Positions 37,163-49,497 of a stretch of 64,000 nt of DNA are shown here, piece after piece; the first letter of the stretch is position 1; each line of letters begins with the position of its first letter. The notes under the pieces are model-generated. The model was not told the DNA's origin and did no database searches. It saw only the letters and a list, made by a program, of their open reading frames with translations. The position numbers were made by a program, and so were the translations under genes. This stretch comes from Callorhinchus milii (lineage: Eukaryota): NCBI RefSeq assembly GCF_018977255.1, contig NW_024704743.1, positions 58,096,001-58,160,000 of the forward strand, given 5' to 3'.

Positions 37163-39011
37163 ATAACAACGCGCATTTATATAGCGCCCATCACACGGGA
37201 TAGCATCCCGGAGTGCTTCACAGTGACGGATTCTGACAACAAGCCAAGGGGGAAGGGTGGAGAGAGGTTACCGTAAACATGATCAAAAAGGAAGGTCTTT
37301 AGGCAGAACTTGAAGATGGGGATGAAGGGGGCAAAGCAAAGGGATTGAAGGAGAGAGTTCTAGAGTTTTAGGATGTCGTGGCTGAAGGCGTGGCCAAAGA
37401 CGGTGGAGAGGAGGGGACAAGGGACACACAGGAGGCCAGAGCCAGCAGGTGTTGGTGGAATAGGGATCAAGCAGGTTGAATAGGCAGGGAGGTGCAAGGG
37501 CATGAAGGGAATTGAAAACAAGTGAGAGGATCTTGAAATCGATCCGTTTGATAATTGGGAGCTACTGGAGTCTGGCAAAGACTGGTGTGATGGGGGTACA
37601 GAGTTTTGTGCGGGTGAGTATCTGGGGGACGGAACTTTGAATTAATTGGATTTTGTGTATGGTGGAGCTGGGGAAACCAGCAAGGAGGGCATTGGGATAG
37701 TCTAGCCGGGAATTGACGAGGGCGTGGATGAGGGTTTCGGCTGCATTGTGAGGTATGGATGGAGGCGGGCAATGTGGCTGAGGTGGGAAAAAGCAGTCTT
37801 AGTCAGAGAACGGATTTGGGATAGAAAGGAAACCTGGGGATCGAACCTGATGCCTAAGTTCCGCCAATACCTCTCCCCAAAAGCCACTGAAACCCTGGTC
37901 CATGCCTTTGTCACCTCTTGGCTGGACTACTCCAATGCCCTCCTCGCAGGTCTCCCATCCACTACAATCCATAAAATCCAAGTCATTCAAAACTCTGACG
38001 CCCGCATTCTCACCCGCACCAAACTGCGATTACCCCAGTCCTTGCCAGACTGCACTGGCTGCCTATCCTAGAAAGGATCGATTTCAAGATCCTCACCCTT
38101 GTATTCAAGTCCCTACACTCCTCCGCACCCCTCTACCTCTCTGACCTCCTCTCTCCTCAAAACAGTACCCGTTGCCTTCGTTCCTCCAGGTCAGTGCCTT
38201 GGGATGTCCTCCCGACGTGAAAGGCGCTCTATAAATGGAATCTTGTTGTTGTTGTTGTTGTCTGGCCTCCTCCTCGTCCCCCGAGTCCTCTGCTCCACCC
38301 TCGGTGGCCATGCCTTCAGCCACTATGCCCTGAGGCTGTGGAACTACCTTCCTCACTCCCTGCGTCTCGTTCCCTCCCTTCCCATTTTCAGGTCTTTGCT
38401 GAAGACCTTTCTTTTCGACTGCGCCTTTGGTCACCTTCCTCCCCCTCCCCCTGGCTCAGTCCCGGGATCCGTTACTGTAAAGCGCTCTGAGACTCCGTCC
38501 GGCGTGGAGGGCGCTATATAAATCCAAGTTGTTGTTGTTGTTGTAAGTTGCGCATGATTTCAGAGAGTCTGAGGGAGAGCCTGGATGTTTAAGAGTTCAG
38601 GCCTGCAGGAGAGAAGATGTTTTGGGAGCCAAAGAGTATGGCTTCTGTTTTGCTGACATTCAGCTGCAAGAAATTTGCGCTCATCCAGGCCTTGATATCC
38701 GTCAAACAAGCTGGCAGGACATCAGCGGACTGAAAGTCGTAGGTGGGAGAGGAGAAGTAGATTTGGGTGTCATCCATATAAATGTGGAAGTTATCCCCAT
38801 GTCTGCAGATAACTTTGCTAAGAGGGATCACGTAGATGAGGAAAAGGAGGCCAAGGATGGAGCCTTGGGGTACCCCGCAGGTGACCAGATGGGGGCGGGA
38901 GGAAAAAACATTTGCCAAGATGTATTGTTGGCGGTTTGTTGAGTAGGACTAGAACCATGCGACTGCGGTCCCATTGAGGCGGTTGAGGGAGGAGAGGTGG
39001 TGGAGAAGCAT
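37163..39011. mobile_element. Nested L2 cluster (duplicate of 5775-7620; inner + strand L2 at 37861-38543)
   Basis: Same RT peptides and taagtt TSD as in copy 1. Confidence 0.92.
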
Positions 39012-42000
39012 GGAACTTTGGACAGTTTTCTCCTCTTCCCAGTCCAAATGCACTGAAATTCTATGGTTGTTTATGGGACATTGCTGTGTGCAAATTGGTC
39101 GTTGCATTCATACAAAAAACATCAAGTCACTTGCAGTTCACAATATATCTGTGAAGCACTTTGGGATGTCCAGGGGACATGAAAAGTGCTATACCAAATA
39201 TAACAATTAAGAATAATTAAGGATTATTCTAATCGAAACAAAACTACCATCAACATACTCTACTAGTAACGGACAAGACAAATTACTAAATATCTCTGCT
39301 GATGTCCATTTAATTTCTTTGAAATGTTGCTTGAATAACTCTTTAAGGTCAGATCACTTCAATAATGAGTTGAAAAATACAGTATGTGTAGTGAGTGATG
39401 AGTGCCATCAGTGATAATTTCGCATCACTCTGACTGCATTTTTAATCCCAATTCAAACAAAATATTTTTAAAAATAAAGGAATAGGGAACAAAGGATGAG
39501 AATAATTAATGACATTAGCTATACAATATTCAAATATTGACTATCTTTTGTGCTGATTCTATTTTTAAGCTATTTTACACATAGACAGAAGATGAAGATT
39601 TCTCTTAGTGTTACTGAAAGGGTTATGACTAAATGAAATTCTGATAATCTCAGTCTAATCCTCTGCAGTTATGAGGCCATTGCACAACACTCTTCCTGCT
39701 TCACTACATGATTCAGTAACTACGGCTCACAAAAGGCTAAAATTAAAAATCAGTAGGATGGAACTGTCATGTGGTGCAGCAAGTGCACTGTATTGAGGTC
39801 AGAGTTCGGTCTGTTGTATCAAGGCAATGCATGAAATTCCTAGCATTGCTTGACCTTGACCGAAGAGTCCTATAACAACACTCAATGTACCGTTGGAAGA
39901 TTGAGTCATTAACATATACGAAGATTCCTCTTTTAATAAATACTGGACTTAAAACATGACAATAGACATAGATGTTGGAATGGGAACTAAACAATGTAAT
40001 ATTCAAACTCAAATCACAAAAAGATTCCACAGTTTTAACATCAAGACTTTTCAATAAAATGTACACTGTTGGATCTAATTGATTTAAATTCCCAAACATC
40101 ATGAAAACAGTGTTTGACAACACAGCAGTAAGTGTTTGTTGTAGTCCTTCATGAATATTGAAAGCATTGCTTGTCATTATCTTGAAATGTGTATGTATAA
40201 GTTCAAAAGGCCATAATATTAGGACTAGGTCTTTCTGTGGAAACAGCTTGGTTTTGTTTAAGATCTGTAATGGAAACAACCACATTGCAAACAGCACCAG
40301 TCAATGCAAAAATTGCACATGTGGAAATCCACTCAAAACATCAGAGGATTTGTTTTGGCTAAAATATTCATGAGCATCAAAATGCACCGAATGTCTTGCA
40401 ATGCACCGTATGACAGATGATTGATTGTGAATCTTTGCCTTTGTCTCCTATAGTGCCTAATTCCATTTTTCTTCACAAACACTGAAGAGGAGGCAGCTCA
40501 TTTCATTTACAAGGGGTACTTTGCATACATTCAGCCTCTTTAGGAAGGGAACATTGTGCATCACAGAGATGAACATATCCATCTTCAAAAGTATATAATT
40601 TATTAAATTATGAAATAGGCCATTTATAACAATCTAATCCCCCTGGGCAACGTAGAACATATCTGCAAATAAAGTAGAAGATCATTAGTAGCTGTTGGAC
40701 AATTGAATGTCATAGACAATAATCCTATTTTGCAATAACAATAATAAATGTAGAGCTTCCCATTAAAAATAAAGTGTTTTCCTATTAGATTTATCCACCC
40801 ACCTTGCCCTTATGACCAGACTAATCTCCATTTTCATTTCTTACCAGCAGAACAATTATGATTTAAAGAAAAATAGTACACTTTGTCACTGGACTCAAAA
40901 TATCTAAATGGACAGTAAAGCAGTTATTAGATTTAAAAGCATTGATGGTCATTGTAGAATGGAAATATCTCTACCTCTGTATTTTGTTTCCTAATGTTAT
41001 TCTGAAGATTGATCCGAGCTCAAAGATAGTTCATACAAATGCAAATCAAGGTCAGCGAATGCCGCCAAGTGGAATTGTCTGTAGCAGTTGCCGGGATTCT
41101 GCAGATTCAAAGGCCATCCGTTAAAATGTTTCACCGCGACCCTGACCAATATCTGAAGTGTTTTATTTGGACCAATACAGTTGTGTGTGTTGCAAAACAT
41201 AGTACTCTCTGTCACATTGCATTAAGTATATCAAAGATCCTCTAGCTCAGATATTAAACATTGGTACAAACTTCTACAGCATAAAAAATAAAATAGCAGT
41301 GTCATACAGAAATAGCCTCTGTTCCATGATATAAAAACATAGACTGCAGCATTAAATGTACAGTATTTATTTAATTGTAGGGTGGAATTATAGGTGCATT
41401 TTTCTGTTTGCTAACTTATGGTGCTGTGGACTTGTAGATTTGATTCTTTTGGATAGTTTTGACATATAACTAGCAAAATGAATGACTGCCTCTCTGACAA
41501 ATAACATAAAACCCAGTGATAATGCACCTGCAGGAAGGCTTATCTGTTTCAGCCACAGTTTGCCACACTTGTGACCGTAGCCTGAAGAGAAAATTGTACC
41601 CAAGCAGCTAATAGGAAAGAACTCTTGCAGGACTGGCCTCAGAGAAGCCAAATACAGGATGTACCTGCAATGTACAGATTTGTACATGATTTCTTGGAGA
41701 AGCAAACAATGTTACGAAATATTAGGCTGAATGGTCTCATACAGTGTTGTACTGTGGAGTATCATGGAGTACTATGGAGCGCTATGGTGCTTTTTCCTGG
41801 TACTATTGTGGTATTATGGTACTTTCTATGGAGCCAGCACTCCAAGACACTATCCTGCATGAAGGCGCTTTATAACTGCAAGTTGATGTTGAAACACTTG
41901 TTTGCTTAGAAATTCCTAGTTTGTTTCATTGTTCTAATCCTTGCATTTGACATACCGTCTTATCATGTCATCAAGGTATCTCAAAGCACTTCATGGGATG

Positions 42001-43869
42001 TATTGTAAAATGATATGATTGTGTGTAACTTTGTGGGCGAATGCGGAAGCCAATTTTGCACACAGTAATGTTCCACAAACAATCATGCAGTGAATGGCCA
42101 TTAACCAGTAAACCCGATCAATTAACAGTAAATCATGTTTAATAATAGTAATCTTGATAATAAGGATTATTATCCCTTCGTCTCTAGTAACTTCCTTGTG
42201 AGCCTACACTGCACCCTCTACATAGCTCTAATATCCTTTCTAGAATGCAGTGCTCAAAGCTGGGCATAACATTCCAGCTGTGGCCTAACCAATGCATCAG
42301 TATAAACTCCCAGGCCAGATATAGAGTGCAAAGGAAAGCACTTTCTACATTGACCCAACAATTGTAGTCTAATTTTGCATTGCATTAAACATATGCAAAC
42401 TCATGCGTAAGGACGAAATTATAGACAGTGGAAGCTCTGGTGAATTGTATCATCGCATTACTTGTTAAGACTTCACTGGGCTGAAATGCTTTCCTTAAAT
42501 TGCCAAAAATCCTGTCATCCAAGGGATGAAAGGGATCTAAGCCAAATACAGGACCTATACTTTGAATGGAAGCCATCACTTCTGCTATAGTCCATGGGGG
42601 GCAGTCACTTCTCCTTAGGCTTCTCTTATTTTCTTTCTCTGGAGAAGGACAGTGAACAAAAGTATTGGAAAACTGATAATTTACTACAGCAATGGATTAA
42701 AGCCTTGAAATTTTGATTCTGAAGTGTTGGGATCATGTTCTCATGTTCACTGAATCCAGCAGTATTATTGATGGGAAGATGTGCTCCTTTTCTCAGGTCT
42801 GAAAGTTCTCCAGGTCTTATGCTTAACAACATAGCTTTAAAAATTTAGATCATGACGAAATGTCATTCACTTATTATTAAGTCCAGTCTTTATGTGGAAG
42901 TAGATTTTTCATAGTTCTCTTTAGCTTTCAAATTGAATTTAGGATTGCTCCGAAATTCTATACCATCATAAAGTTTATGACAATGGTCTCAAGAATAAAG
43001 TGCTGAGACACTTTAGGCCTTCAAATTTTTCATTCTCCCAACTAAATAAAATTTTGCCTTTTTTCACTAACTTGGTGCCTCTTTAAAAGCTGTGGATTTG
43101 CCACTTTATTTTCCTTTGTTTTTCTTAGCTGCAGCAAACACTTTGTTCTATACTTTTGTTCTGTCATCTACATACACCATTAATCACCTATTATCACCAT
43201 TGCTACAGAAAGGAACATTTTAAAAAAGTTAATAGCGTTTTATTGAAAGGTCATTTTGCTTCTAACAGACAGCTCTTATACAGAATAAATGGATGTGCTG
43301 CCAGGCCACTTCAGCCACTATGTGCTATTGGTGGCTTCCCATGTTACCATCAGTGTTGCTGAAAGCTGCCTCTGCCTCACCTGTACTTGAGAGCAGAATA
43401 TGTTGCAGAATGTCAGTTAGCTGGTTATATTCCAGCAATACCCAACATAGATCAGGATGCACGTTCCATTCCAATATAGAGAATATTTCATGTATAGGTG
43501 AGATGGTTTGGATACTCTTAAACATGGTGATGGATTTTCGGAAATGTCGAAAACATTTCTACATGGGATGTTATCATGCAAACTACATGTGAAGCACCCT
43601 GGGCCAAAGCCAGTGTCACCACACTTGTTATATGCTGATGACACTCCATTGGCACAAGCCCATTGGTAATGGAGAGCAGTACAAAGAGCGGTACCAATTT
43701 CCATGGAGGTCCACTCTCTGGGCCCCGGAGGGAAAAGCTAAATGTACCAAAAGATTACTCATATCAGCAGACTCAGATTTGTTTCAGCTTTCTTGACTTT
43801 GATTAACTTCCCAATGGTTCAACAGAGGAACACATTGCCCAGGGTTGAACACATCCAGACTCTTATTCA

Positions 43870-44470
43870 CTCGGCTTTTCCTTGCCTTTGGAACATTACA
43901 TTCCTCCACCGCTATCTTTCCCCTTTCCCCCCCGACCCTCCCCCCAGCCACTGAACCTTAATTTCATTCATATCCAGGCTTGTCTATGCCAATGCCCTGC
44001 TTGTCAAGCTCACCAGCTCTTCACTATACAAGCTGCAGACTATCCAGAACTAAGCAGCCAGTATCCTCTCCCATACCAGGCTCTGTGAGCCCATCATCCT
44101 CAACCTTGCTCTAACGACTCCTCATCCCCCAATGAATCAAATTCAAGATCCTCATTTTCATCTTTAAATCCCCCATGGCCTTCCTCCATCCACAATCCTA
44201 CCGACCACTGGCCTACTTCATGCCCCGCCTTATCTATCCATTCCACAATTGTCAGGTGAGCTTTCAGCCATTCCTTCATCCCAGAGTGCCTCCGACTCTC
44301 TGCCTCCTTCTGTTCAAAGCCCGCTTCAAGATGTACCTCTTTGACCCAGTTTTTGTTCATCTTTCCCCTCCCCACCCTCTGGCTCTCATGTCCAGCTCAA
44401 GTGCCCAATCAGCAGTGCCACATCCTTCTGATGTGAAAATGGTATACAAATGTAAATTGCATTGTATTGT
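43870..44470 (+). mobile_element. Old L2 LINE 3' fragment
   Basis: gccactgaaccttaatttcattcatatccaggc...aattcaagatcctc...FKARFKMYLF and a decayed tail. Confidence 0.75.
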
Positions 44471-44967
44471 TTGTCAAACTCCTTGTGGATTCCTTATGTA
44501 TTCTCAAGGTCAATTTGGGTTGTCATCTCCTCAAAATGTCTAATGAGGTTGATAAGACAAGATGTGCGCTTTCTAAACCCATGTTGGCCCATGCAATGAA
44601 ATAACATGTAAATGTATGAGCTGCTTTGTGATTTGTGCACTCCCAAAGTGTCTATGTGTTCCGACGACTAGAATTTTAGTCCTCCACTGAGATGCTTTCC
44701 GGATTTTAATTGCCTGCTGATGTTAAGTGCTAACTTCACACAGGATAATCTCATATTGAGTCTGTTATGAAATTCTGCAAAATTACTCTATATTTTATTG
44801 GTGGTTGTTTCATATGGTATTCTGCAACGCTCTTTCAGATTGCTTGTCTGCCCTTAGAAGAATACCCAGCCTGCACCGTCTTCAAAACCACTATGTGGTA
44901 ATGTTGAGCTATTGCAGAAAAGTTTTACAAAGTTCCAGAGCAAGTCACATTTTATCCACGCTTGTCT

Positions 44968-45089
<122 letters not shown>

Positions 45090-46591
45090 AGAAAAGTAAT
45101 TTACCTACAGTTCAATCTCAGAGGTTCTTTAACTTTCCTTCTTCAATGTGCACGACTTGCTGCAAATGTATTCAAACAATAATTAGAACTTCTTGCACTA
45201 ATAGACAAACAGTGGATTAAAGGTTGCACCACCCTACATGGAGTTACAAGATAACAAGCTTATTTGTGGTTCACTGGCTCTTCAGGGAGCAAAGACTACT
45301 GCAGTTTGTGTTGAGGGGAGTCCTTTTAATTTTACTCTTTGGTCAACTACATGAGTAGCACCTGTTTGTCTGCACAGTTTTGATTGAAAATTGCTTTTGA
45401 ATACATTTCAGAAATTGTCTTTGATCAGTGCAATTTTACTGTGAATTAAAAGTATATTTTGGTAATAAATGTAATAAATAAACAAATGAATTTTATGGTT
45501 ATAGGATACACTGCAGACTGTATTGCTTTTCTCTCTGACAATTTTTCTTCTCCAAATTCCTCCCCTTTCCTCCTCCACTCCTGAAGGCATTTTTGATTCT
45601 TCATTCCACTGGGTACATTTCCACTGGTAACAGCTGCACTCTGGTACCTCGGCCAAGTGCTTATTATTCATTTGACAGCTTGGGCAATGTTTTTCACAAG
45701 GCTATTGGACCACATGAAGCATTAGTATCAAACCTGATCCTGTCCTCATCCAATGTCTTCATGTCTTCACCTTCCAGCAGGGGTCCCTGAATAATGATCA
45801 GGAGTGATAATCCTGATGGATTTTCCCACCTCTTACCCAGGGGCTAGTGAAATGCTCAAAATTCTGCTCTGTCTGAGATCAACTCACTCATTCCAGAACG
45901 TGATTCGAACCTGTGACCCGTCCACCTGCATATTTTAATGCCCACTGTATTTGGGACATCTGACTTCTCTTCAACCAGCATGGCCTTTGATTTCTCTCTT
46001 GGTTAACAGGGGCTGGTCATTGTGTATCTAAGAGTTGATTCAGACAGACTAGGAAATTTGGAGACTGGGAGCAGCACTCTTCTCCTGGTGAATAGGAGAA
46101 GCATAGAGAAGCAAAGCCTGGTGAGCGATTGGATGTGATTCGAGGGACAGGTCCACGGCTGAACCAGTCAGGATGATTGACAGAGACAACCGTGGGCAAA
46201 GCAGAGAGGAGCAGCAGTTGATTTGAAGGGTAATGGCAGAGAGAGACTAACAGGGAATTGGAGAAATACTCAGGATGTACAGTTTCATAACAGCGCAGCT
46301 CAAATGATTGATCAATATAGACACTAATATAACTGTTTAATTTTTATTACGCTTAATCTAATTGCTCAATGAGATAATTGAAACAACGTTTTTTTCTTTA
46401 AAAGTCTGTACATTCTTTACTCATTCAGATAATTTAGTAATTGAAAAGTTAAATCCAGTCACTGGGCTGGTTTCTATGTGGTTCAGACATTATTTCTCAA
46501 ACTGGCTGGTTGTCAGTCAGATGGTCTCAACTGTTTGTTTGAAGGACCTTCTAAAACAACCAGAACCTATGTTCTGCCAAGGTGAGTGAGT

Positions 46592-46743
46592 GCTGGTCTG
46601 GGGCTGGGGCAGGGGGGTATGGCTGGAGCAAGATTGGGACAGGAACTAGGGCTAGGATACAATTTGAGGCAGGGGTTGGGCTGAGGTAGGAGTTGTGGCA
46701 GTGACTAGGTTTGGGGTTGGAGTTGAGGCAGGAATTGTAGCAG
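46592..46743 (+). repeat. Degenerate G-rich hexamer repeat (ggggct/ggagtt-like)
   Basis: Six-base periodicity and strong G skew. Confidence 0.6.
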
Positions 46744-47584
46744 AAAAAGGGAAAGTTTACTCATCCTGTGGTCATTCACTCAATCTGTAGTCATTCACAT
46801 TTAGAAGGGGCTTGGAACCATTCACCTTCTGACTTCTTGATGCTAAAAATTTGTAGTTTTGTGAGAGAGGAAAAGAAAAATATATTACAAACTGGGAATA
46901 CAATGCCCATTGTGTAGAACACAATTAAATGTAAATACATACAAAGTCTGGTGATAGATTAAATAATCCTTGCATTTCATAATATGCCTTGTCATGTCTT
47001 GTGGGGGAAATTCAGGGCAAAAAGCAAGTCTCCTCCCATTTACATCACACAAACTGATGAGAACACGACTCCGATAAATGCTTTTTAAACTGCATTGTGT
47101 TATTTTGATACAGTGAATCTTGTTATAGAGGCAGCTAAGTTGCTCCAGCAACATCCTATGAATAGCAATGCGATGGATGACCAAATATGGTTGAACTGAA
47201 CAGTTGTGTTTTTTTTGTATGAATCTGAGCATTCCTAGCAACAGGAATTTCAGATGTATTGTCTTTGGGAGGCGTAGTACATCTCCTTTAGGGAGACCCG
47301 TAGACATCGTGCCTGCCCACGCCATGAACTTGGCTCCAACCAGAATGCCGTGTACATATTGACTTTAAGGTATAGTCACTAAATTCACTGAACTTCAAAG
47401 TGTGAACTTGCAAACAGGAAATTCTAAGGTCATAACACTCTGATCCGTCCATTTACCAACCACTGGAGAATCCTGTATGATTGATGTACATCAAATGTTT
47501 TTCGATACTCAAGTTGTCAACTAGTCCCTGTGCACTTGAAAGTTGTAACCTACCCCACAATTTGTCTCCTTATCAGAGAAATAA

Positions 47585-48042
47585 ATAAAAATAAATCTTG
47601 CCTTTGATAAAATCCCTTTCATGTCGGGAGAACATCTTAAAGCACATCACAGGATTTACTGTAAATCCTAGTAGTTTTATTTTGTAGGCAAATTGTGGTT
47701 GCTAATTTGCATGCAGCAATGTTCCATAAGCCATCATAAAGTGAACAATCAAATTTCTTACTTGGGGGATTAATAGCCAGGAAACTGTGAGAAACTCCCT
47801 TTTCGTTTCGAATAATGTCATGGAATTTGAGAGACAAAAACATTATGAGAGGATTATGAGCGGTTAAACCTTATCAGTGGATTATCATCTCATCTGAAGG
47901 ACTGCAGCATTCCCACCACCCTCCCACAGGACTGTATTGCAGTGTTAGCCTGGACTACATAAATGGAATACCCCAACGTAAAGCTTGAACTCCCAGCCTT
48001 TTTAGTCAGAGACGAGAGTGCTACCAACTGAGCCGATCTGAT
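47585..48042 (-). mobile_element. Old DeuSINE/SacSINE1-like SINE, near full length
   Basis: Tail, ccaggaaactgtgagaaactccc block and head gtcagagacgagagtgctaccaactgagcc. Confidence 0.78.
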
Positions 48043-49249
48043 ATGAAGTATGTTAACCACCTCAGTTAACTCAGTTAACTGGTGAATATAATTGAATGCT
48101 GCAGTCTAAAAATAGCAGCGTAATCTCCAGCAGGAGCTTGCAAAGACCCTGTGGGGATGGATACATTCAACTGTAGCTTGAATTGTTACAGGCAGAGATT
48201 GATTGACATGGTCCTGAGATCAGGAGCAATCAACTCCTCGATCTCTGTGATCACTCCACTACTCAGTCTGACTCTTCTCTCTGAGGCTGAGAAATTCATA
48301 CATTCTTTTATAAATTCTTCTGCCTGGATATTGTGACTTCTGACTTCCCACTTCACTGAAACTGTAGGATTTTACGCTGCTCCTGATAGAGACCAGCAGC
48401 TGAGCTTGATCAAAAACAGTTTGCAAAGTAGCAAGAAAAAGGATTAAAAATCACACATTTCATAAGGTTCTTGTTATTTTTAAATTTTAGTTTTCCCATT
48501 TATTGTTTCTATATTTCCCTAGGAGTGAGTGTTAGCACATCACTTGACTGCTGATTTCGACATCTCCTCCCCTGGTTCACTCACACACACACACTCACAC
48601 ATATATTACCAGTAGAGGGACCAAGAGCAGGAACTCTGATTGACTGTTTCTTTCCAAGCCTCAGGAAGGTTGGGGCCAATTTAGCCTCTCCATGCAGCTC
48701 CATGCTGAGACCAGCACAGACTGCATATCGAACCAGTGAGCTCCCAGTCTGTAAGTGGTAGCACTGTCCATGCACTGTATAGAGAAAGCCTTTTCTTCCT
48801 TTCCCATGATAATATAACCTTATAAAGCTTCTAATCCACACATTTCAAATAGTCTTTGCTGTAAGACCATTTTATATTAAAATTCAGGATGATGTACAAT
48901 TGCGGAAAGATTACACATTTTGTTTTAATTTGGAAGAAGGTTATTTTTAAGAACTGCAATTAAGACCACATTTTTCACAATTAAAATTTGAGACAAAATG
49001 GTTTGAAAGGCTAAGACTAGGTATAATTTTAAGCCTATAATCGCCCGCGCCCACCGCCCCCCCCACCCCCCCCCGAAAAAAGCTCCCCACTCTCCCTAAT
49101 AAAAAAGAAAAAAAGATGTGAAGTGAAGGCTGATAGAAATTCAATAACAATTCTAGTCTTTAACTGTAGAAAACAGGAAGTTTTAATGATACCGAGATTT
49201 CTTCTTGCTGCCCTGTTTTCTCTAAAGCTAAAGGACATTAAATCACAGT

Positions 49250-49497
49250 CGTGTCTACCTGCTCAAGTAGACTCTGAAGATCCCATCACATAGAAAAGGG
49301 AATTTCTCCTGGTGTCCTGACCAACAGTCCTCCAAATAAAATTGTTCATTGTTCATGACTGTTTGTGGGACATTGCTGTGTGCATTTGCCTACAAATTCA
49401 CAGTAACTACACTTTGCAGTAAAATCCTGTAAAGCTCTTTGGCATGTTTTGATGACATGATAAGGAACTATATCAAATACAAGGTTTATTATTATTA
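49250..49497 (+). mobile_element. Old DeuSINE-like SINE, 3' half
   Basis: gatcccatcaca...tctcctggtgtcctgaccaaca...gtttgtgggacattgctgtg...(tta)n. Confidence 0.75.

Larger units (their letters stand above)
31358..39566. repeat. Copy 2 of the duplicated segment (partner 1-8175)
   Basis: Starts aatgcagcagcccatttgtgcac as at base 1 and ends gctgattctattttt as at 8175. Continues into unique sequence on both sides. Confidence 0.98.

Noticed and set aside
41553..41720. CHTCDRSLKRK peptide reminiscent of Helitron N-terminal zinc motifs
   Set aside because: Similarity is confined to a few residues and needs frameshifts; no Rep or helicase sequence nearby.
41748..41833. Degenerate ~10-bp tandem repeat (gtactatgga-like)
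   Set aside because: Ordinary decayed minisatellite; no unique spacers, so not CRISPR-like.
43325..43525. ORF with LRR-like LLEYNQLTDI and a CAG|GTGAGG donor
   Set aside because: Only one weak repeat, it overlaps the dispersed 49-bp motif, and I found no phase-compatible neighbouring exon.
46885..47325. 146-aa minus-strand ORF
   Set aside because: Its 3' part runs through a SINE tail remnant; no recognisable domain.
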